Part shown: in pieces, positions 55,001-64,000 of the stretch | Position numbering within the stretch: the stretch's first letter is position 1 | Layout: every line of letters starts with the position of its first letter | Assembly: GCA_964016885.1 (NCBI GenBank) | Contig: OZ024745.1 | Span: 83,824,001-83,888,000 of the forward strand | DNA from: Eledone cirrhosa | Taxonomy: Eukaryota | Length of the DNA: 64,000 nucleotides | Direction: 5' to 3' | Notes under the pieces: generated by a model | The model's input: only the letters and a program-made list of their open reading frames with translations | What the model was told of the DNA's origin: nothing | The model's database searches: none | Program-made: the position numbers and the translations under genes

Positions 55001-55461
55001 GTTCGGGATAAACTCTACAGCATGGAGGTGCCGTCAGCCGGGCATGTCCGAGATGCGCACAGGGAGACGAAACCGTCCTGCACGCACTCGTCCAGTGTCC
55101 GAGCATTGCTGACTTGTGGATTTATGTCGAACACCTGCTGTCGCGTGTGGGACGGATCCAGCTATCAGCTGAGTCCATCGTGAGGATTGCCCCGCCCTCT
55201 CCCTTTATCCGGGAAGGGCAGGCAGCTTTTATCTGTCTGGTGGCTATGGCGAAAGAGATAGTATGGTGGACACGTTTGAACGGGCTGAAGACGAGCACTT
55301 ACCTCTTCGGTGATGCCCTGATTAACTTTTTCAAATTTCATTTGAAAAGGAAAATCAGGGTAGAAAGGGAAGTGCTCTCTTCCCAACATTTTGTTGAAAG
55401 ATGGGTGAGAGAAGCAAGAATGGCCCGAGTGAATGGGCCTACTCTGAGTATGTGTCTGTAA
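52052..55461 (+). pseudogene. Tx1/L1 ORF2: APE endonuclease + RT + C-terminal zinc finger, several stops and frameshifts
   Basis: 'SINARGL', 'ISETR', 'GDWN', 'SYLDR', 'TDH', 'NFRPITLLN', 'LDQWKAFDRV', 'AYADD', 'GGLGMP'. Confidence 0.92.
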
Positions 55462-55709
55462 ATTAAAGGTGGAAAACTGGGAGAGGGCACTTGCCCTGGT
55501 GGTCAGGGTTACTGTGGCTTTTTAATGGGCTTTCTCCACGAATGTCCCTCGGAAGTCTCCCCCCTATTGTGGAATGTTTTCATTGTTCTATTATTACATC
55601 CTCTGTTTCTTGTTTTTTTTACACGCAGAAATGCCCATTTGTACCGCCCTGTATTGTCCTGTACTGTCCTTAATGTCTACTTTATATAAACCCTTGTGGT
55701 TAATAAAGA

Positions 55710-55773
<64 letters not shown>

Positions 55774-55788
55774 GTTATTATCATTGTT

Positions 55789-55990
55789 CTTTGAGTCTCA
55801 GTCATTGATGTTATTTAACTAGAAAAGTTGTTGAAATGAATATCAAGCCGCTACCTGCAGCCTCGGACATTCAGGACGTATCGGAGGGTTCTTACTGTTC
55901 TCAGCAACCATGCCTTTTGAAGTGTTCCAAAAGTCGGGGCTGGACTAAACTTCTTTAACCATCCTGGAAACTCTTTGAGATAGTACCTAT
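55789..55990 (-). mobile_element. Older R4/Dong 3'-end stub (~200 bp)
   Basis: Diverged copy of 49432-49635, lying between (TTA)n tracts. Confidence 0.82.
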
Positions 55991-56344
55991 TATTATTATT
56001 GGCGACTGACTTGTGAAGACGTGTTATTGTGAGCTCCGAATTTTTTGTTGTTTTAAGTTGTTTGCAATTGTTATTTGTAGAATATTTTTGTTAAGTTCGA
56101 ATATTTTCAGTAATGTTTTTCACTAGTACAACAGAACATAATTATAATTATAAATACTCTATTTTATAAGCGCTAAGTTTGTGATGAATGTCAAATTAAA
56201 TCCTTTACACATATGAAATTCAATTTTTTTTAATGAATTGAAATTCGTATGATAAATATGTGTAGAAGGAAGACGAGTAAGATACATATAGCATCGAGGA
56301 CAATTTGAAGTTTTTACGTGGCAATATACTACAGAATACTGATA

Positions 56345-56505
56345 AGACATCTGGATAGAGGAAAGCACCAACCAGACTGAGGGTGGTGACTTCATGGTGG
56401 AACAGCACCGTGGATAGAGCTATTAAAGCCAAGAGACATGCGTGAAAAGACTGGAGAAATGAAGATAGCACAGACCAGTACCAGGTAGCTAAAGAAGAAT
56501 TTGTA
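56345..56505 (+). mobile_element. RTE-like LINE internal fragment
   Basis: The plus frame reads 'TSWWNSTVDRAIKAKRHA*KDWRN....YQVAK', typical of the APE-RT linker. Confidence 0.5.
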
Positions 56506-56830
56506 CGACACGTATACATTCCATGCAAAGTGACTGAAAGTAGGAGGTTTCCAATGTCTTGTGACGTGAGGTTCAGATACGTGTGATGTTCCGCATAGCA
56601 AGGTAGTGTGTCAGTGTTAATCACGATGTTGTTAGGAAGAGTATGTTTAAAATAACGCTGGTGCATTTAGCATCACAAATGCTCTAAATAAAGAGGCCTG
56701 GAAATGCATATATGTTAGGTTGATGATTGTGGAGAATGATTGGAAGGAACGGAAAACACCCCAAAATAGCCCAAACGAGAAACCAGCTATTGCCTTGTGG
56801 TTAATAAAGAAATCATTATTATTATTATTA

Positions 56831-59800
56831 TAGTTGCATTTAGCTTGCTTTATGTTCATACGAGTTATCACCAAGTCACAACCAGTGACCTCAAGAGACA
56901 ACAAGGTCCGCCATGTTCAAGAAAGAACATACATACTCACACATGCATCTTTAGTGTTTAGACTTGTGATGTACTTATATTGACAGAAACTTCCTTAGTA
57001 TATGGGCAGTTCCCATTAGTACTATCATTTGTATTTCTCCTATACGCGGGTTTCCTGTGATTTGCGATAAGTAATCATTAGACCCCTTAGGTATCATTCC
57101 CAGAGCGCCTACAACCACTGGTATTGTTTTAGTTCTCAATTTCCACATTTTTCCAATTTCTATCTCCAGGTCCTTATACTTGCACAATTTTTCAAATGTT
57201 TTTATAGATACATTCTTGTCTATTGGAACAGACATATTAATTAGCAGGCATACCCTCTTTTTAAAGTCCTTCAATATTATATCAGGTCTATTTGCATCTA
57301 TTTTTCGGTCTGTTTGGATGCTAAAGTTCCACAAGATTGAGATGTGATCTTTTTCAAGTATGGGAGGTGGTTGATGCTCCCACCAATTCTTTTGATGGGG
57401 CAGGTCAAAATGCTTACACATTATCCAATGTATGTATTGTGCAGCTCTGTCATGCCTGTTTAGGTATTCGGTTGGCGCTATAGGACTGCACATTGAAATT
57501 ATATGGTCAATGGTCTCTGGTTGTTTTTTGCATACACGGCATAATGGGCTGCATCCATTTTTTATTATGTTGGCTTGGTAATTTTTTGTTGGCAGACACT
57601 GATCTTGTGCTGATATAATCAGTCCTTCAGTCTCCGATTTCAGTCCAGAAGATGCCAACCGCTGATGGGTTAAAGCTTTGTCAACATCAGGATTGTTAGC
57701 TCGCTCTGGGTGTTTTCCATACAGAGGCTTTTCTTGCCATTTCTTAGCCAGTTTCTGTAACAGTTCTTTCTTTGCAGTTACTTTTACCTGCTTTGCTTTT
57801 TCTGTGTTTTCCATTTCAGCAGTAAATGGGACTTCTGAAATGTGTAGTCCATTACTGTATCTTTGTGCATCTTTTGTAATGGAATATGGTCTTTTGATGT
57901 TTTCGTGTTTCAAAACGAGTTTGATCATCCAATCATGTGATTCCCTTAGATATGGAGATAATCCAATTGTTGCAGTTTTCAACGCAATGTCTAACTGGAT
58001 TAACCCACGTCCTCCTTCTTTCCTAGGGAGATATATTCTATCTATATCTGCCTTAGGGTGATGCATTCTGTGCATGGTTAAGCATTTTCGAATTTTTGTA
58101 TCGAGCCTACGGATCTCTGTGCTTAACCAGTTGATGATATTGTAACTGTAGGTTACTACTGGTATGGCAAGCGTGTTTATGGCATCGATCCTATTCCTTG
58201 CATTCAATTCCGTTCTTAATATTGCTCTTACCCTGCGGTAACATTCCTTCCTTATCCTTTCCCTCATTGTCGAGTGCTTGATTCCGTCTCCTTCACAAAC
58301 ACCTAGATATTTGTAATTTTTTCCTTGATCAAGTTCTCTTATCACGTTCCCCCGATCAAGATTAATGTCTGAACTCTTCAGCAGCTTTCCTCTGGTGAAC
58401 GTTGCTTTGGCGCATTTATCTAGTCCAAACTCCATTTTAATGTCATCACTGAACTGCTCCACAGTGGATAATAACCTTTGCAATTGTTCATCATTTTTTG
58501 CAAATAGTTTCAGGTCATCCATGTAGAACAGGTGATTAATGGTTTTGTCATAGACTTTATATCCATGTTTTGTTTCATTGAGCATTTTACTTAATGGTAT
58601 AAGTGCGATGCAGAATAAAAGCGGTGATAAAGAGTCACCCTGAAAAATTCCACAATTAATATTAACTTCTCCAGCTTCCAGTGATTTTGTTTCACTATTC
58701 AAAAGGAGTGTCGTTTTCCATGTCTTCATAATGAATGACAAAAACCTCCTGACAACGGGGGATATTTTGAAAATCTCTAAACATTTTTCAATCCAACTGT
58801 GTGGCAAACTATCGAATGCTTTTTTATAATCTATCCAAACAATCGATAGATTTTTCTGTCTATTATGACAATCTTCCAGTATCATTTTGTTAACCAAAAG
58901 CTGATCCTTACAGCCATATGAGCCTCGTTTACACCCTTTCTGCTCAATGGGAAATAGGTCATTTGTTATCAGGTGGTCATATGTGTATTCAGTTAGGACC
59001 GATGTTAAAATTTTATACATTGTGGTCAAGCAAGTTATCGGTCTGTAATTTTTGGGATTGTTTGTCTCATCATTCTTCGGAAGCAGGAATGTAATGCCGT
59101 TAACTAGCCATGATGGTATCTTTTCTGGCTCCTTAACTATTTCATTGTAAAGTTGGGCTAACAGCTCATGAGACTCTGTGAAGGCATTTATCCAAAAGTT
59201 TTGTATTTTGTCTTTTCCTGGGGATTTCCATTTGCTGGTTTTTCTTAGAGTCAAACGCAACTGTTCAACTGTTATATTTTCCCATATTTGTTCCTCAAGG
59301 TGAGCTGTATCTTTCATTTGTCTGTCTATCCATGGGGCATGTATGTTATGAACTTTTTCTTCGGCCCAGATCTTTTCCCAGAATTCTTGCACTTCCTCCT
59401 TGGGTGGTATTGATTTAGCAGTTATTGTTGACATACCAATTTTTATGTAGAAGTTTCTTTGGTTGTTTTTGAACATATTATTGTCCTTATAGAATCTAGA
59501 TCGTTTTTCAAAGCGCCTTATACGAGCAGCTTTGGCCGACACTTTTTGCTTGATTATTTCTATCAGCATGTCTATGTCACTTGTTGATTTTATACTGTAC
59601 TTTCTTTTCAATTTTCTAAGTTTAGTTTGTTTAACATGTTCACCTACTTTATAATTTGTTAAAATTTCTATGTCAGATCGGGGAAGGTTTATTTGGCGAT
59701 TGATGTTCTCTTGCCAAGTAGATTTCTTGTGGGAATTCCTTTGTTTTTTCATCTTCACTCCACATAAGTGAGTAGTGACTTTTGCCGATGCATAATAGAG

Positions 59801-60790
59801 ATTATTTAAATCAGTAATATTTAGTTTGTTTGTGATGATAATGTTTTTGAGAATTATGTTAGTCTTGTGTATTATCTTTTGGTTCTTTTTGGAGTTCTGG
59901 ATCTTAGGGAGGGTGTCTCGTTGCCTCATGTCAGATTCTTTCATTTTCATCCATTCGATCATAATTTCATCCTTCAAGTTGGCAAGTTCATTCTCATTCA
60001 TTTCTTTATCATTTACGATCTCATTATTTTCATTTGGAGTTTCATCTTGAGCATGCACTCCCTCCACTTTTTCGATCCTTTCTTTAATTTGTTCTGTTGC
60101 CAGTGATTCCGCCCCAACCCTGGGATTCGAAGTGTTACAATTTACCTCGTTTTCACTGACACATGTTTCATTTTCCCTTCGCTGACTTTGTGCTAATAGC
60201 TTGATCTGATCAATTTCTATATCAGTTAGTAACTTTTTTTTTACAATATTTCTTCGTATATTTGCTAGTTTGTTACTGTCAATATAGCCTCTGTTTTCGG
60301 GACGTTTCTTTTTCCAGTTGATATATGTCTGTTCTGTATTCGATGTATTTGATGGGTAGTACATGGCAGTGTAGAAAGCCTCAAGGACTTCTTTATTATC
60401 TTCCCTTGACCATTTTTCTCTCTTTTTCTTTGGATTTCTTGGTGTTGAGCATGGAGGACAAACAGTAGGAGTATTCCGGTTATGGGAGGTCTCCAGCTCC
60501 GAAGTGATGGGAAGGTTTGAACCATTAGCTGATTTTTCGACCCAAGTCTGGTTCCTCTCTGAGGGACGCGGCCCTTTTTTACCCGGGTGACGGCCGATCC
60601 GGTATGAGATTTTATCATTAGACATTTACTTTATTTTGTCGCGTTTTATCCTTATCCGCCAAGGGGTAATCATTTCGTGTTACCACTTCTAGAACGAGTG
60701 TCAACCAAGACTAGAGGGGTCGTTCTCCCCTAGAGACACGGCTATTCCCCGCCGGCCGCCATCCCGGTATTTCTTGGTCATGGGGCTTTC
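56831..60790 (-). mobile_element. Full-length R4/Dong-clade LINE (second family)
   Basis: Single 1216-aa ORF, ~165-nt GC-rich 5' UTR, and ~145-nt 3' UTR ending in (TAA)n at 56815-56830. Confidence 0.9.
56975..60625 (-). CDS. R4/Dong-type RT + CCHC + restriction-like endonuclease polyprotein (1216 aa, uninterrupted)
   Basis: N-terminal 'KWSREDN', 'WKSPGKD', 'NYRPITCL', 'WIDYKKAFDS', 'GIFQGDSLSP', 'FYMDDLK', 'CRVC..ETIDHIISMC', 'NRPDIIL', 'KYKDL'. Confidence 0.93.
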   Translation of the reverse strand: MSNDKISYRIGRHPGKKGPRPSERNQTWVEKSANGSNLPITSELETSHNRNTPTVCPPCSTPRNPKKKREKWSREDNKEVLEAFYTAMYYPSNTSNTEQTYINWKKKRPENRGYIDSNKLANIRRNIVKKKLLTDIEIDQIKLLAQSQRRENETCVSENEVNCNTSNPRVGAESLATEQIKERIEKVEGVHAQDETPNENNEIVNDKEMNENELANLKDEIMIEWMKMKESDMRQRDTLPKIQNSKKNQKIIHKTNIILKNIIITNKLNITDLNNLYYASAKVTTHLCGVKMKKQRNSHKKSTWQENINRQINLPRSDIEILTNYKVGEHVKQTKLRKLKRKYSIKSTSDIDMLIEIIKQKVSAKAARIRRFEKRSRFYKDNNMFKNNQRNFYIKIGMSTITAKSIPPKEEVQEFWEKIWAEEKVHNIHAPWIDRQMKDTAHLEEQIWENITVEQLRLTLRKTSKWKSPGKDKIQNFWINAFTESHELLAQLYNEIVKEPEKIPSWLVNGITFLLPKNDETNNPKNYRPITCLTTMYKILTSVLTEYTYDHLITNDLFPIEQKGCKRGSYGCKDQLLVNKMILEDCHNRQKNLSIVWIDYKKAFDSLPHSWIEKCLEIFKISPVVRRFLSFIMKTWKTTLLLNSETKSLEAGEVNINCGIFQGDSLSPLLFCIALIPLSKMLNETKHGYKVYDKTINHLFYMDDLKLFAKNDEQLQRLLSTVEQFSDDIKMEFGLDKCAKATFTRGKLLKSSDINLDRGNVIRELDQGKNYKYLGVCEGDGIKHSTMRERIRKECYRRVRAILRTELNARNRIDAINTLAIPVVTYSYNIINWLSTEIRRLDTKIRKCLTMHRMHHPKADIDRIYLPRKEGGRGLIQLDIALKTATIGLSPYLRESHDWMIKLVLKHENIKRPYSITKDAQRYSNGLHISEVPFTAEMENTEKAKQVKVTAKKELLQKLAKKWQEKPLYGKHPERANNPDVDKALTHQRLASSGLKSETEGLIISAQDQCLPTKNYQANIIKNGCSPLCRVCKKQPETIDHIISMCSPIAPTEYLNRHDRAAQYIHWIMCKHFDLPHQKNWWEHQPPPILEKDHISILWNFSIQTDRKIDANRPDIILKDFKKRVCLLINMSVPIDKNVSIKTFEKLCKYKDLEIEIGKMWKLRTKTIPVVVGALGMIPKGSNDYLSQITGNPRIGEIQMIVLMGTAHILRKFLSI

Positions 60791-60929
60791 TTTTTGTTGT
60801 TTTTTTTTTAATTGTTATTATCATGAGTGGTTCCTTGATGTGAGCATTGCGTGGCTTAAGAATGAAATTATTAATAATTGTCTCCACTCCAGGCACAAGG
60901 CCAGCAATCACCCAGTGCATTACAATCAT

Positions 60930-61768
60930 ATAATATACTTTTTGCTGAAGTTGCCTGTTATTGTTGTTGGCTATGTCGGTGGTGGTGCTGGGGTTTTTTA
61001 TATTGTTGGTGAGGAAGGGGGGAGCCAGCAGTGCCATATTAGTTGACGTTTGGCCGGTGGCCAGGTCACTAAGTCAATCTATTTATATCTTTTGCTAGCC
61101 TCTCCCTTGTCTAGTGATACCGCCACCTTCCCCTTTCTTAAGTTAACAGGGGAATAGTGGTGGTAGCAATGACGGAGTGGTGGCGGCGGTGATGGGATAG
61201 GGGTAGCAATGATGGATGGAGTGGTGGCGGCGGTGGCGTTGTCGTTACTGAGTTCTGTGATATGTAGTATCTATGAGTTTGTGTCGTGTATGTTTAATAT
61301 ATATTGTGTTGACATATTCCCGTAAAATTGGAATTAAACATTTTGTTAAAACTTGAGACAATAATAATAGTAATTATTATTATGATGCTGAGATTGGTGG
61401 TGGTGGTGGTGGTGGAATTGACGTTATCTGGCTGTTATATTTAGTGTGATGGGGTAGGTGGTGTATCAAGTTTCTGGTGTTGGTGAAATTGCTGTTATTT
61501 GGCTGTTCTATATAGTGTAGACAGAGGGTGTTTTCTTCCATTTATAACCATTTTCTTTTTTGAATACAAAATATATAATACAAAATTGAATATTTGAACG
61601 ATATAACAATATAATATGGATCCGAAATTTTATTGGACTTGATTCGGTAGTTTATGCATCAGCTATACTAAGAATTGTTATTTCACAATTGATTTAAATA
61701 TGTTAAAAATCAAAAACTTACGGGAGCGATTTCATGACCTTCTACCACCACGTGCGTCTTCTTCCCTT
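60930..61768 (-). mobile_element. Possible 5' portion (UTR + low-complexity ORF1 start) of another LINE
   Basis: Begins right after (TAA)n with 'gggaagaagacgcacgtgg'. The minus strand is CA-rich with Thr/Pro/Asn coding potential like 49900-50300. No diagnostic domain. Confidence 0.35.
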
Positions 61769-61786
61769 ATTATTATTGTTGTTATT

Positions 61787-64000
61787 CCTTGAATCTCAGT
61801 CATTGATGTTGGTTAACTGGAAAGTCCGTTGGAATGAATATCAAGCCACTACCTGCAGCCTCAGATATTCAGGACGTATCGGAGGGTTCCTGCTGTTCCA
61901 ATCAAGCATGCCTTTTGAAGCGTTCCAAAAAGCGTGAAGGGGCCGATTTTCTTTAACCATCCCTGGAAACTTTTGGAGATAGTCCCCAGTGCGCCTATGA
62001 CAATCGGGATCACTTTGACTTCATGGCAGTTCCAAATCCTTTTCACCTCCCACTGTAGGTCCTGGTATCGGTTAATTTTCTCCCTCTCCTTCTCTTGCAC
62101 TCTCGTGTCGAACGGGCAGGCCACATCCACAATCAGACACGATCTTTTTTCCTTGTCCACAACCACCAGGTCAGGTCTATTGTGTTCCAGTTTTTTGTCC
62201 GTCTGTATCCTAAAATCCCACAGCACCTTCACCTGATTGTTCTCCACCACCGCCTCCGGCCTATGCTCATACCATTTCTCAGAATGTGGTAAATTGTTTA
62301 CTTTGCACAGGTGCCAGTGGATCACCCTGCCCATCACATCGTGTCTCCAGCCCTTATAGTGGGTCTGGGCTAGGTGTTTACACTCGGACACAATGTGAGC
62401 CACAGTCTCCTCTCTCTCTCCACAGATCCTGCACAGTGGGCTAGCCTCCTCCTTGTAAATATGGTGCTTCAACCACTTCGTTTTGAGGGCCTGCTCCTGC
62501 GCAGCCATTAGCATTCCTTCTGTAGCCTTTTTGAGGTCTCCTCTTCTCAACCAGTTCCATGTCTGTGGATCTCTAAATTCAGTTTTCTCAAAGAAGGTAC
62601 TATGAAGGGATTTTCCCTTAAGGCTGCTCTTCCTCCTTGATGTTATTTCCTCCTTGGACATCCCCTGGCCTACTGTCCCCTCCTTCAGTACAGTTTTGAG
62701 CATTGGCTCCTTACTATAGGTCACGTATTTGTATAGGTTGTTTTTCTCCATCTGAACACAGTCCTCTATGCTGATAAGACCTCTTCCACCCTCAGATCTC
62801 CTTAGGTAGAGTCTATCGACATTACTCCTCTTGTGGAACATGTTGTAGATAGTCAATAGCTTCCTAGTCTTCCTATCCATTTCTTTTTGTTCAGCAACAT
62901 TCCATCTCAGAATTCCCGCACTGTACCTAATAATAGACACAGCTCGGGAATTTACTGCGCTTATGGCATTTCTGCTGTTCAGATGTGACTTCAATACGCT
63001 CCTTACTCTCCGAATGTATTCAGTTCTTAACAATTCCTTCATTTTTTTGTTCTTTATGCCATCAGCCTCCAGAACGCCCAAATACTTGTATCCTTCCTCA
63101 GAGTCAATTTCCTTTATCATCTCACCTGTTGGTATCTGGATCCCGCTACTTCTGCTCAACCTACCCCTCCTCATCACAATGACTCCACATTTACCAATAC
63201 CAAATTGCATACATATATCACTGCTGAAAATACGGACAGTGTCAACAAGCACATCCAACTCCTTCTCACTTTTCCCGAAGAGCTTAAGATCGTCCACGAA
63301 GAGGAGGTGATTGATGGTAAGCTCTCCCTTTCCCAACTTGTATCCTGCTCTCACTTTTCGCAGCATAATGGTCAAGGGCATTAGGGCAATGACAAACAAC
63401 AGAGGGGACAGGCTATCTCCCTGGAAGATACCTCTCTTGATCTTCACGCTTCCCAAGGATACTCCAGTTGATGTCAACTCTGTCTCCCAGGATCCCATAC
63501 TCCTGCCCAGCAACTGTCTGATGTTATCTGCCACCCTGAAGATCTCCAGGCTTTTGGTGATCCAAGAATGAGGCACCATGTCAAATGCCTTTCTGTAGTC
63601 TATCCATCCCATGGCAAGATCAGTGTGTCTCCTCCTGAAATTCCCCATTACCATCTTATCAATAAGTAACTGGTCCTTTGTACCACGTGACTTCTTTCGG
63701 CATCCTTTCTGTTCGTCCGGTAACAAGTTGTTTGTGTGGAGGTGATGGTAGATTTCCTCAGACACAATGCTCGTCAACAGTTTCCACATTACGGACAGAC
63801 ATGTGATAGGTCTATAGTTGGTAACATCATTACCCTTGATTTGGTCTTTCATTATCAGAACTGTGGTACCTTTTGTCAACCACTCTGGCACCTCACCCGA
63901 CACCAAGCAGTCATTGAACATGGCTGTCAGCTTCGGGTGGAGGGATGTTAAATGTTTAATCCAATACCCCTGCACACCATCTGGGCCTGGTGATTTCCAG
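61787..64000 (-). mobile_element. R4/Dong-clade LINE (same family as 47095-49362), runs off the window
   Basis: Open 704-aa frame 61861-63975 with RT 'LFVDDLK', CCHC and 'NRPDLVVVD..IVDVACP..EKINRY'. The 3' end abuts (TAA)n. Confidence 0.93.

Larger units (their letters stand above)
49674..55710 (+). mobile_element. Full-length Tx1/L1-group LINE (ORF1 + APE-RT ORF2), disrupted
   Basis: ORF1 has the zinc knuckle CVVCGEGTHLRAFC. ORF2 starts at 52052. AATAAA at 55702-55707, then (ATT)n. (ATT)n also lies immediately upstream. Confidence 0.9.

Overview
AT-rich, microsatellite-saturated eukaryotic intergenic or intronic DNA. It is very probably from an octopus or other cephalopod, inferred from the tRNA-derived SINE family and the repeat landscape. 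I found no supportable host gene; nearly all coding signal is transposon-derived. Contents: an internally deleted long-TIR mariner, a probable hAT-type remnant, a near-perfect 186-bp foldback MITE, RTE fragments, a GC-rich CRE-clade LINE, and many SINEs. There are at least four Penelope-like elements (three Naiad-type, one Neptune-type) plus ORF-less pLTR derivatives. From 47 kb onward there is a nest of R4/Dong and Tx1/L1 LINEs joined by (TTA)n, including one uninterrupted 1216-aa R4-type ORF. The most striking hidden layer is RNA: about 14 hammerhead-ribozyme motifs from about 7 unrelated repeat families, three of them with the U3-A8 core variant. Most sit in head-to-head inverted arms embedded in (TA)n. 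One example is an ORF-less tandem-plus-inverted array of 320-bp ribozyme-bearing monomers (10441-11654) that looks like a bidirectional retrozyme. All RNA folds were done by eye, and boundaries are approximate to a few bases.
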